Source: Clostridium sp. CAG:1193
Lineage (GTDB): Bacteria > Bacillota_I > Bacilli_A > RF39 > UBA660
Direction: 5' to 3'
NCBI GenBank assembly: GCA_000436255.1
Contig: HF990819.1
Location: 17,943-56,580 of the forward strand
DNA length: 38,638 nucleotides
Part shown: positions 1 to 8,223 of the stretch, piece by piece
Layout: each line of letters starts with the position of its first letter
How positions within the stretch are numbered: position 1 is the first letter of the stretch
Notes under the pieces: model-generated
Seen by the model: only the letters and a program-made list of their open reading frames with translations
Told to the model about the DNA's origin: nothing
Databases searched by the model: none
Made by a program: the position numbers and the translations under genes

Positions 1-1
1 T

Positions 2-577
2 TTACAAAGATATTTAGCAAAAACTGAAGGTGCAACTATAATGGATGAAGGGCTAGTAAATGCCGATATAAATTTAGATGGAAATACAGATGCTGTAGAT
101 GTAAGTTTACTAAGAAAATACTTAGCAGGATATAAGATGGACTTACCTTACTTAAAATATAAGGTAGGAGATGTAAATTTAGATGGAACATTAGATGCAT
201 TTGACCTAGTAAGAATAAAAAAATATCTAGCAAAACAAGTAGAATTAACAGATGAATCAAAAATAAATGCTGATATAAACCTAGATGGAAACATAGACAA
301 ATTAGATGAGGCGTTATTAAAAAAATACTTAGCAGGATATAAGATGGATTTGCCTTATCTAAAATATAAAGCAGGAGATGCAAATCTAGATGGTATAGTA
401 GATATATTTGATTTAGTAAGAATCAAAAAATATATTTCAAAACAAGTAGAATTAACAGATGAATCAAAAATAAATGCTGATATAAATCTAGATGGAAACA
501 TAGATGAAACTGATTTGGATTTCTTAAAAGAATATTTAGCAGGAAACTATGACAGTCTACCAATAATTCAAAATTAA
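2..577 (+). CDS. 3' part of a secreted protein ending in tandem dockerin modules; the ORF is open to the left window edge, so it is 5'-truncated here
   Basis: The reading frame is open from nt 2 (LQRYLAKTEGATI...). It has repeated EF-hand-like dockerin segments: DINLDGNxDxxDxxLLKKYLAG and GDxNLDGxxDxFDLVRIKKY. The ORF-track start at 41 is an internal Met. Confidence 0.8.
   Translation, partial: LQRYLAKTEGATIMDEGLVNADINLDGNTDAVDVSLLRKYLAGYKMDLPYLKYKVGDVNLDGTLDAFDLVRIKKYLAKQVELTDESKINADINLDGNIDKLDEALLKKYLAGYKMDLPYLKYKAGDANLDGIVDIFDLVRIKKYISKQVELTDESKINADINLDGNIDETDLDFLKEYLAGNYDSLPIIQN
59..577. repeat. Tandem 207-bp (69-codon) coding repeat, about 2.5 copies with units starting at 59, 266 and 473; each unit encodes one two-segment dockerin module
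   Basis: The units NADINLDGN..ELTDESKI recur in frame at exactly 207-nt spacing with high identity. Confidence 0.85.
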
Positions 578-585
578 GTAATATA

Positions 586-627
586 AAAATACTATTTAGT
601 AAAGTGCTATTTAGTATTTTTTCTTTT
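586..627 (+). terminator. Rho-independent terminator after the dockerin gene
   Basis: aaaatacta (586-594) pairs with tagtatttt (612-620). An inner 5-bp stem and triloop follow, then a T-rich tail ttcttttg. Confidence 0.55.
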
Positions 628-658
628 GCTCTTAATATAATTATAATGGGGTGAAAAC

Positions 659-1486
659 ATGAAGAAGATAGTTGAATATTCTTTAATAACTATACTTTTT
701 ATATTTAGTTTAATATATACAGAAAGGGCAAGTAATATAGCAAAAAGAGAAGATCCCATAATGAAAAGTATAATAAAAAATGCAAGTAGTTATAATATAG
801 ATTCAGTAAATGCACTAGTTAGTGGTGATACAATAACACCCGGTATAAGAGGATGTGTTATTGATATTAATAAAAGCTATGAAAAAATGAAAAGAATTAA
901 TGAATATAGAGATACATTACTTAGATATAAAGATTTAATTCCAGAAATTACTATAGATAATATTTATAATAAATATATATCAAATGGTAATAAAAAGAAA
1001 CGTCAAGTGTCAATTGTAGTTAATATATCAAATGATATAACAGAAATAAATAGTATTGCTTCTTTTAATAAAGAAAAGATAAATGTATTTGTAGATAGTG
1101 TGATGCTAGAAACTAAATTATTAAAAGTTGATAAAGAGTATATTAATATATATAACGGGGGAAATAATAATAATTATGATGATATAACTATTGAATGGAT
1201 GAATGATGTAATATTAGATAATTATAATGAATCTAAGTATTGTATAAATAAAAATAAAAACGATGATAATTTAGTTATATGTGCAAGAAACAAGATGCAT
1301 ACGATTAGTCCTAAAATAATAGTTAAACAAAATACTTATGATGTAAAGGCACTGATAGAAAACGGAAGTATTATATATTTTGATGAAAATAATATTAAAA
1401 ATATAGATTCTATTATAAAATATGTGAAGAGTAAAGGATATGAAATAGTATTTTTAAATGAATTATTAAATGAAAATATGTGTTAA
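659..1486 (+). CDS. Hypothetical protein anchored by an N-terminal TM segment; weak resemblance to NodB-type polysaccharide deacetylases, but the usual Asp/His motifs are not recognisable
   Basis: RBS ggggtga lies 5 nt upstream. N-terminal hydrophobic segment ITILFIFSLIY. The C-terminal end KSKGYEIVFLNELL is typical of deacetylase-fold proteins. No catalytic TFDDG-like motif is seen. Confidence 0.5.
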   Translation: MKKIVEYSLITILFIFSLIYTERASNIAKREDPIMKSIIKNASSYNIDSVNALVSGDTITPGIRGCVIDINKSYEKMKRINEYRDTLLRYKDLIPEITIDNIYNKYISNGNKKKRQVSIVVNISNDITEINSIASFNKEKINVFVDSVMLETKLLKVDKEYINIYNGGNNNNYDDITIEWMNDVILDNYNESKYCINKNKNDDNLVICARNKMHTISPKIIVKQNTYDVKALIENGSIIYFDENNIKNIDSIIKYVKSKGYEIVFLNELLNENMC

Positions 1487-1611
1487 AAAGCATTAGATCT
1501 AGTTTTAGATGCTTTTGTTTTTTAAACTATGATTGTTTTTTTTATAAATATGTAATATAATCTAAAAGAGTTTATGGAATTGTTTTCTATAAACAAAGAA
1601 AGGATGATGAT

Positions 1612-3555
1612 ATGAAGAATTTAGTAATAGTAGAATCTCCAAGTAAATCAAAAACGATTGAAAAATATTTAGGTAAAGATTATAAAGTGGTGTCGAGTAA
1701 AGGACATATTCGTGATTTAGCAACTAAAGGTAAATATGGACTTGGTGTTGATTTAGAAAATAACTTTGCACCTACTTATGAAATAATTAAAGGTAAGAAA
1801 AAAATGGTTTCTGACTTAAAAAAAGAAGTTAAAGCTGCTGATAAAATTTATCTTGCAACTGACCCCGATAGAGAAGGTGAAGCAATAAGTTGGCATTTAA
1901 AAGATGAACTTAATATAAAAGATAAAGATTATGAAAGAGTAGTATTTAATGAAATAACTAAAAATACAGTAATAGATGCTTTTAATCATGCAAGAAAAAT
2001 AGATGATGATTTAGTACGTAGTCAAGAAACAAGAAGAATATTAGATAGAATAATTGGTTTTAGATTAAGTAAATTAATGCAATCTAAAACAGGTGGTAAA
2101 AGTGCAGGTAGAGTTCAAAGTGTTGCACTTAAACTAATTGTAGATAGAGAAAATGAAATTAATAATTTTATTAAAGAAGAATACTGGGATATAACTGGTG
2201 TATTTAATGAATTTGAAGCTAATTTAGAAAAATATAAAGATGAGAAAGTAGAAATACATAATGAGGCAGAAGCAGATGAAATTTTAAGCAAATTATCAAA
2301 TGTATTTAAAATAGAAGATGTTTCTAAGAAAGAAAAAAATAAACAATCAAAGCCTCCATTTATAACTAGTACATTGCAACAAGAAGCTAGTACTAAATTG
2401 GGTTTTAATGCAAAAAAAACTATGTCAATTGCACAAAAATTATATGAAGGAATTGACTTAGGAAATGAAACAACAGGTCTTATTTCATATATGAGGACTG
2501 ATTCAATAAGATTAAGTGATGAATTTGTAAAAAGTGCATATCAGTATATAGAAAGGAATTATGGAAAAGAATATTTAGGCATTGTTAAGAAAAGCAAGAA
2601 AACAGAAAATGTTCAAGATGCTCATGAGGCAATTAGACCAACAAGTATTAACAGAACACCAGAAGTGGTTAAAGAATATCTAACTACTGATGAATATAAA
2701 TTATATAAAATGATATATTATAGAGCATTATCTTCACTTATGAAAGATGCTAAACAAGAACAAACAAGTGTTACTCTTGATAATAATAATTATAAATTTA
2801 AAGTAACAGGAAGTGTTATAGTATTTGATGGATACTTAAAAGTATATAAAGATTATGAAGATAATACAGATATTATATTACCACCATTTGATACATATAA
2901 ATCAAATGTACTTGTATCAAATAGTATAGAAAAAACACAACATTTTACAAAACCACCAGCAAGATATACAGAAGCAAAATTAATAAAAGAAATGGAAGAC
3001 TTAGGTATAGGAAGACCATCAACATATGCAAAAACGATGGAAACACTTGTTGATAGAGGTTATGTAAAAGTAATTGATAAAAAATTTAATCCAACAGAAA
3101 TAGGTATAGAAACTACTAATAAATTGCAAGAATATTTTAGTAATCTTATTAATGTTAAATATACTGCAAAAATGGAAGATGATTTAGATAAGATTGCTGA
3201 TGGAAAGATGGTATGGGTTAATTTACTTGATTCATTTTATAAAGAATTTGAACCTATGTTAGAAAATGCATTTAGCAATATGGAAAAGAAAAAAGCTGAA
3301 CAGACAGGTGAACTATGTCCAGAATGTGGTAGCCCTTTAGTAATTAGAAAAGGAAAATATGGAGAATTTACTGCGTGTTCAAACTATCCAACTTGTAAAT
3401 ACATAAAAAAAGAAGAGAAAAAAGTAGTTGAAGTATGTAAATGTCCAAAATGTGATGGAGTGGTTATTGAAAAAAAGACTAAAAGAGGCAAAATGTTTTA
3501 TGGCTGCTCAAATTATCCAAGATGCGATTATGCCACTTGGAATAAACCAGAATAA
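1612..3555 (+). CDS. topA: DNA topoisomerase I (type IA) with two C-terminal 4-Cys zinc ribbons
   Basis: Toprim start MKNLVIVESPSKSKTIEKYLG, then DPDREGEAISWH and the active-site region GLISYMRTDS. Zinc ribbons CPECG...CSNYPTCKY and CPKCD...CSNYPRCDY. Confidence 0.95.
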   Translation: MKNLVIVESPSKSKTIEKYLGKDYKVVSSKGHIRDLATKGKYGLGVDLENNFAPTYEIIKGKKKMVSDLKKEVKAADKIYLATDPDREGEAISWHLKDELNIKDKDYERVVFNEITKNTVIDAFNHARKIDDDLVRSQETRRILDRIIGFRLSKLMQSKTGGKSAGRVQSVALKLIVDRENEINNFIKEEYWDITGVFNEFEANLEKYKDEKVEIHNEAEADEILSKLSNVFKIEDVSKKEKNKQSKPPFITSTLQQEASTKLGFNAKKTMSIAQKLYEGIDLGNETTGLISYMRTDSIRLSDEFVKSAYQYIERNYGKEYLGIVKKSKKTENVQDAHEAIRPTSINRTPEVVKEYLTTDEYKLYKMIYYRALSSLMKDAKQEQTSVTLDNNNYKFKVTGSVIVFDGYLKVYKDYEDNTDIILPPFDTYKSNVLVSNSIEKTQHFTKPPARYTEAKLIKEMEDLGIGRPSTYAKTMETLVDRGYVKVIDKKFNPTEIGIETTNKLQEYFSNLINVKYTAKMEDDLDKIADGKMVWVNLLDSFYKEFEPMLENAFSNMEKKKAEQTGELCPECGSPLVIRKGKYGEFTACSNYPTCKYIKKEEKKVVEVCKCPKCDGVVIEKKTKRGKMFYGCSNYPRCDYATWNKPE

Positions 3556-3594
3556 TAATTAATTTAATAATCATAATAATAGTAGGTGATATTT

Positions 3595-4098
3595 ATGTTG
3601 TTTTTGTGCTTAAAAATATTCTTTGTAAGAATTCTTGATGTATCTTTAGGTACAGTAAGAACAATGTTTACTGTAAAAGGTAATAGAATAACCGCATCCT
3701 TAGTAGGCTTTATAGAAATTCTAGTATGGTTTTTAGTTGCAAAAGAAGCACTTCAAACAGAAGAAAAAAGTATACTTATTGCAATATCATATTCATTAGG
3801 ATTTGCAACAGGAACTTATATAGGCGGATATTTATCTAGTGTATTAATTACAGGTAATATTACAGTTCAAGTATTTACTGATAATCTTAAATTAGAACAA
3901 ATATTAAGAAAAAAAGGATATGCAGTAAGTGTAATTGAATGTAAAGGATATAATGAAAATAAAGGTAAGCATATGCTTTATATAAATATAAATAAGAAAA
4001 AAGAACAGGAACTTATGAAAATAGTTAATATAAATGATGAGCATGCATTTGTAGTGGTTAATGAAACTAAGTATGTAGAAAACGGGTATTTTAAATAA
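3595..4098 (+). CDS. UPF0316/DUF2179-family small membrane protein (B. subtilis YebE-like)
   Basis: KIFFVRILDVSLGTVRTMFTVKG, then TM segments and a C-terminal soluble domain. I prefer ATG 3595 (aggtg RBS 6 nt upstream) over the track's GTG at 3586. Confidence 0.7.
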   Translation: MLFLCLKIFFVRILDVSLGTVRTMFTVKGNRITASLVGFIEILVWFLVAKEALQTEEKSILIAISYSLGFATGTYIGGYLSSVLITGNITVQVFTDNLKLEQILRKKGYAVSVIECKGYNENKGKHMLYININKKKEQELMKIVNINDEHAFVVVNETKYVENGYFK

Positions 4099-4102
4099 GA
4101 TT

Positions 4103-4136
4103 AAAGACTATATATTTGATATATGGTCTTTTTTTT
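4103..4136 (+). terminator. Rho-independent terminator
   Basis: aaagactatata / tatatggtcttt stem with one G-U pair, followed by a T6 run. Confidence 0.7.
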
Positions 4137-4206
4137 ACGAAAATAATAACTTTTTTAAAAAATATAGGGGAGTTTTTAAAGTTATGTGGAATAAAACAAA
4201 TAGGGG

Positions 4207-6210
4207 GTGATAATATTGGCGTATAAATATGTTTATCAACATAATACCAATGATTGTGCGGTTGCATGTTTACTTTCTATAATTAGGTATTATAAAGGGA
4301 ATAATACTTATGAAAATATTCATTATTTAACACATTGTGATAATAATGGAGTAACTGCTTTAAATTTAATTAATGCAAGCAATAAGTTGGGTTTTGAAAG
4401 TAGGGGTTTAAAGGTTGAATATGCTCATTTAAAAAATTTAAAAATACCTATTATTGCACATTTAATTCTAAAGGATGGATATAATCATTATGTTGTAGTA
4501 GAAAAAATAAAAGAAAATACCATTTATATTTTTGATCCTGCAAAGGGGAAAATAAAATATAAAAAAGAAGAATTTTTAAAGTTATGGAGTAATGTAGTAA
4601 TAGAATTAAAACCTACTCGTGTATTAGATGTAATAAATGAAAAAGAGATTAACTTATTAATCGATATTATAAAAAATAACATAAGTACTTATTTAATAGT
4701 TTCCTTTGTTTCATTTTTAGCAATAATATTAACGTTAGTTTCTAATTATTACTTTAGTACACTTATTAAAAATAGTGCATTAAGTATATTAATATTTTTC
4801 TTGTTTATAACTTTTATTAAAGAAATAAATGATTATATAAGAGGATTAATAATAATTAAATTAGAAAGTAAAATAGAAAGTGATATTAATAAAACTACAC
4901 ATGAAAAATTGTTATTGCTCCCATATTATTATTTTAATAGTAGAACTACAGGTGATATTATTTCAAAGATGCAAGATTTAGATTATATTAAAGAACTTAT
5001 AATTAAAGTGCCTATCTATTTACTAATTGATATTACTCTTATGGTTTTATCTACAATTATACTTTTAAATATAAGTATTAAATTATATATAATATTTTTG
5101 TTTGTATGTTTATTATATTTTTTAGTGTTATTACTATTTGATAAAAAAATAAAAAAAATGATACGTATAAATCAAGAAAACAAAATAATAAATAATGAAA
5201 TATTAATAGAGAATATAAAATCTATAAACACGATTAAAAATTTAAATATAGAAAGTGTAAGAAATGATATATTTAATCAATCATATGATAGTTACCTTAA
5301 AGATAAAAAACGATATGAAAAAACAATTAATAAAGAATTATTCATAAGAAATTTAATAATACTTATGGGTTTAAATATTATACTTTATGTAGGCATAAAA
5401 ATAGTAGATCTTAAAGAATTAATACTTTTTGACTCAATTGCAATATATTTTTTAGAAGCCATTAAAAATATTTGTGAATTAAACCCATTATATAAGAATG
5501 CGATAAATGCGTTAAAAAGAGTCAAAGAGATATATAAAATTGATATTCCTTCCTATCAAAAATTAGAAATTGATAATTTTGATATTCATATAAATAATCT
5601 TAGTTATTCATATAATGGTTATAAAAATATTTTTAAAAACCTAAATTTAAATATATTAAGTAAAGAAAAAATTGCTGTAACAGGATTTTCTGGTTGTGGT
5701 AAAAGTACATTATTTAAATTAATAAATAAAACATATCAAATAGAAAATAACAAAATATTTATCGGGAAAACTGATATTAATAAGATAAATACAAGTGATA
5801 TAGTTTCTTATATATCACAAGAAGAAATATTATTTAAAGATACTTTATATAATAATTTAACATCATATAAAAATATTAAAAATGAGACTGTAATGAAAAT
5901 TAGTAAAATAACAGGTCTTGATAAAGTTATTAAAAGTAAAAATATGAATTTAAATAGTTTTATATTAGAAGATGGTATAAATTTTAGTAAAGGTGAAAAA
6001 CAAAAAATAATTTTGACAAGAGTTTTACTTAAAAATAATAATATATTAATATTAGATGAAGCATTAAATGCATTAGATGAAAGTGAAGAATGCAAGATAT
6101 TAAATAGAATTATAAAGTGTTATAGAAATAAAACAATTATTTATATAACACATAGGAAAAAATGTATTTCTTTATTTGATAGAGAAATAAAATTGAAAGG
6201 AGAGGTATGA
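4207..6210 (+). CDS. Bacteriocin/competence-peptide type ABC exporter with an N-terminal C39 double-glycine peptidase domain (LagD/ComA/PedD class)
   Basis: C39 motifs QHNTNDCAVACLLSII (Gln/Cys), HYVVVEKI (His) and DPAKG (Asp). A six-TM region follows. NBD has Walker A GFSGCGKST, Walker B ILILDEA and H-loop YITHR. TTG 4216 (aggggg RBS 8 nt upstream) is a plausible alternative start. Confidence 0.9.
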   Translation: MIILAYKYVYQHNTNDCAVACLLSIIRYYKGNNTYENIHYLTHCDNNGVTALNLINASNKLGFESRGLKVEYAHLKNLKIPIIAHLILKDGYNHYVVVEKIKENTIYIFDPAKGKIKYKKEEFLKLWSNVVIELKPTRVLDVINEKEINLLIDIIKNNISTYLIVSFVSFLAIILTLVSNYYFSTLIKNSALSILIFFLFITFIKEINDYIRGLIIIKLESKIESDINKTTHEKLLLLPYYYFNSRTTGDIISKMQDLDYIKELIIKVPIYLLIDITLMVLSTIILLNISIKLYIIFLFVCLLYFLVLLLFDKKIKKMIRINQENKIINNEILIENIKSINTIKNLNIESVRNDIFNQSYDSYLKDKKRYEKTINKELFIRNLIILMGLNIILYVGIKIVDLKELILFDSIAIYFLEAIKNICELNPLYKNAINALKRVKEIYKIDIPSYQKLEIDNFDIHINNLSYSYNGYKNIFKNLNLNILSKEKIAVTGFSGCGKSTLFKLINKTYQIENNKIFIGKTDINKINTSDIVSYISQEEILFKDTLYNNLTSYKNIKNETVMKISKITGLDKVIKSKNMNLNSFILEDGINFSKGEKQKIILTRVLLKNNNILILDEALNALDESEECKILNRIIKCYRNKTIIYITHRKKCISLFDREIKLKGEV

Positions 6211-6347
6211 AAGAATTAAACAATATTGAATTAAATAATATAAGTGGTGGTTTTAAATGGATAATAGGAGGTGTGATTGGTGGTATTTTAGCATTTATTG
6301 TAGGAGTATTAGATGGTTTTACAAGGCCATTAAAATGTAATAGTTAA
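6207..6347 (+). CDS. Double-glycine-leader peptide 1 (46 aa): MKELNNIELNNISGG / FKWIIGGVIGGILAFIVGVLDGFTRPLKCNS
   Basis: The ATG overlaps the exporter stop (ATGA). RBS aaaggagagg. The leader matches the ELxxIxGG consensus. The mature part is hydrophobic with GxxxG repeats. It is below the ORF-track size cutoff. Confidence 0.8.
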   Translation: MKELNNIELNNISGGFKWIIGGVIGGILAFIVGVLDGFTRPLKCNS

Positions 6348-6349
6348 TT

Positions 6350-6469
6350 ATGAGAGAGTTAAAAATAAATGAATTAAATAGTATAAGTGGTGGATGCATA
6401 ATATCACGCTATATATATAAGTTTATTATAAAAACATTCCGATTATTTTTTAAACCGACATTTATGTAA
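6350..6469 (+). CDS. Double-glycine-leader peptide 2 (39 aa): MRELKINELNSISGG / CIISRYIYKFIIKTFRLFFKPTFM
   Basis: It starts 2 nt after the peptide-1 stop, which suggests translational coupling; there is no SD of its own. The leader is nearly identical in pattern to peptide 1. The mature part is cationic and aromatic. Confidence 0.7.
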   Translation: MRELKINELNSISGGCIISRYIYKFIIKTFRLFFKPTFM

Positions 6470-6479
6470 AGGAGGAATT

Positions 6480-6635
6480 ATGGAACTTAATAAAAAAGAA
6501 TTAAATGATATTATTGGAGGTAGTATTTCTGGAAGTATTATATCGAGTATAGTAAGGGGTGGAATACTTATATTAGAACTTGGTAGAAGTTTTGGAAGTG
6601 CATTAAGAAGATTACTAAAGAAAAAATATTGCTAA
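6480..6635 (+). CDS. Double-glycine-leader peptide 3 (51 aa): MELNKKELNDIIGG / SISGSIISSIVRGGILILELGRSFGSALRRLLKKKYC
   Basis: Strong RBS aaggagg 5 nt upstream. Leader ELNDIIGG. The mature part is amphipathic and strongly cationic at the C-terminus. Confidence 0.8.
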   Translation: MELNKKELNDIIGGSISGSIISSIVRGGILILELGRSFGSALRRLLKKKYC

Positions 6636-6641
6636 ATAAAA

Positions 6642-6680
6642 ATTCTCAGCTAAGTATGCTTAGTTGAGAATTTATATTTT
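6642..6680 (+). terminator. Rho-independent terminator closing the exporter-peptide operon
   Basis: 13-bp stem attctcagctaag / cttagttgagaat (one G-U), loop tatg, then a T-rich tail. Confidence 0.8.
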
Positions 6681-6710
6681 ATATGGTATTATATATATGG
6701 ATGTGATGAT

Positions 6711-6953
6711 ATGAATACTGATAAATTAAAGATAATAGTTAATGGAAAGACTATAGAATATGATATTGTAAAAATATTATTACCAACTAATGCAAAATAT
6801 AAATATATAGTATATAAAGATAATAAAGAAAATCTCTATTCATCTAGATTTGATGTTGATAATAATAATAATATTATCCTTTCAGATCTTAAGTATAAAT
6901 ATGAATTTGATTATGTAAATAGAATATTAAATGGTGATAACAATGAAAAATAA
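6711..6953 (+). CDS. Small soluble protein, DUF1292-like
   Basis: The pattern KIIVNGKTIEYDIV...KYKYIVYKDNKENLYSSRF...EFDYVNRIL resembles the two clear DUF1292 genes at 28042 and 30543. No TM segment is present. Confidence 0.45.
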   Translation: MNTDKLKIIVNGKTIEYDIVKILLPTNAKYKYIVYKDNKENLYSSRFDVDNNNNIILSDLKYKYEFDYVNRILNGDNNEK

Positions 6954-8223
6954 AAAAGTAAAAAATAATTGGTTTATTAGTATGTCTTCATGGCAAAAAG
7001 CTTTATTTGCAACTATAGTATCAGTAGATATTTTAGCTACAGGAGTAGCAGGACACCTTATATATGATTTATCAAAAGATAAAGAAAATAAAGAAGATAA
7101 TATAGATACTAAAGAAAGTATTGTTACATATGCACCAATTACAGAAGAAATGATTGAACTTCAAGTAACTGATCGTGATGAGTTAATGGAAGAGTATGAG
7201 TTAATAAATTCTAGTTTTTCTAAAGATACAAGTTGTTATAATTATGCTTTAGCATCTTCACCGGTATTTCCAATTAAAAATGTATGTACTAGTAGTGATA
7301 TTATGATGGAAGTATTTACTAAAAACTTAGATACTCCTTGTTTTCTTGATAACTTAAATATAGATGAAGTAGAATTTTATGAAGAACAAAAATCAAAAAT
7401 AATTGAAGAAGTAATAAAAGAGTATGATGCATATTTTCCTTTAAGTGAATCATCATACATTCCAGAAGAATTTTATAAAACGTGTGAAAAACATACATAT
7501 TTAGGAAATAGCCCAATAGAAGAAACTATAGTTATTGATAAAACAGAAGTAGATGATTCCATTTTAAATAAAGTATTAAATAATCAAGAATTAATGAGTA
7601 GTATTAATGAATGTAGTACAAAGTATAAAATCGATAAAAGCTTGCTTATTGCAGTTGCAACAGTTAATCTTGAAGTAAATGGAGAAGATGCTTTTCTTAA
7701 TAATCCAATGGGAATTGGTTTTCCATTAAAAGGCTTTAATTCGTGGATAGAACAATTTGATGAAAACGATAATTATACAAGTTTAAAAGATACTATATAT
7801 GGTGAGCAATTAACGAGATTTAAAAAAGAGTGTGAAAGTAATGGAATTATGGGTAATGTAGAGTTTGGTGCGATGATTATGCAGCATTGCCTTGATAATC
7901 CAGTTGAAGATTCTACTTTACTTCATAGTGTGTATTTATATTTTGATTATAAAAGTAATCCAGATAAAGCCCAGGCATTAACAAATAAAGCATTAAATTA
8001 TATGTTTAGATTAGCTAATGATAGTGAGATTAAATTACAATATTATATGCCTGTTGATGAACGTAATACAACTACACCATTAAATGAAAGATTTGCATAT
8101 AGAGTAGAGACTATAGTATCATCTGATATAAAAGAATACTTAGGGAATATGTATGATATGTATGCAAGAGTAACATATAATATGGCAAAAGAAAATACTA
8201 AAAATATGGTTGTTATAAAATAA
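6943..8223 (+). CDS. N-terminally membrane-anchored extracytoplasmic protein with a possible divergent GH73-type (glucosaminidase-like) motif
   Basis: TM segment WQKALFATIVSVDILATGVAGHLIY. The motif LLIAVATVNLEVNG-x6-NNPMGIG resembles the GH73 pattern AQAxLESGWG...NNxFGIK. ATG 6943 (ggtga RBS) is preferred over 6931. It overlaps the previous gene by 11 nt. Confidence 0.55.
   Translation: MKNKKVKNNWFISMSSWQKALFATIVSVDILATGVAGHLIYDLSKDKENKEDNIDTKESIVTYAPITEEMIELQVTDRDELMEEYELINSSFSKDTSCYNYALASSPVFPIKNVCTSSDIMMEVFTKNLDTPCFLDNLNIDEVEFYEEQKSKIIEEVIKEYDAYFPLSESSYIPEEFYKTCEKHTYLGNSPIEETIVIDKTEVDDSILNKVLNNQELMSSINECSTKYKIDKSLLIAVATVNLEVNGEDAFLNNPMGIGFPLKGFNSWIEQFDENDNYTSLKDTIYGEQLTRFKKECESNGIMGNVEFGAMIMQHCLDNPVEDSTLLHSVYLYFDYKSNPDKAQALTNKALNYMFRLANDSEIKLQYYMPVDERNTTTPLNERFAYRVETIVSSDIKEYLGNMYDMYARVTYNMAKENTKNMVVIK

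Noticed and set aside
59-577. Regularly spaced repeats that could at first glance suggest a CRISPR or other non-coding array
   Set aside because: The period is 207 bp. The repeats are in frame within an open reading frame and encode dockerin Ca-binding segments. There is no short repeat/spacer organisation. No CRISPR array was seen anywhere in the window.
4185-4211. 8-codon mini-ORF (MWNKTNRG) just upstream of the ABC exporter, considered as a leader peptide
   Set aside because: It is too short, has no RBS and no associated attenuator structure. It is probably chance.
6711-6953. 80-aa ORF considered as the bacteriocin immunity protein
   Set aside because: It has no transmembrane segment. 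It sits after the operon terminator and resembles cytoplasmic DUF1292 proteins. Immunity remains unassigned.
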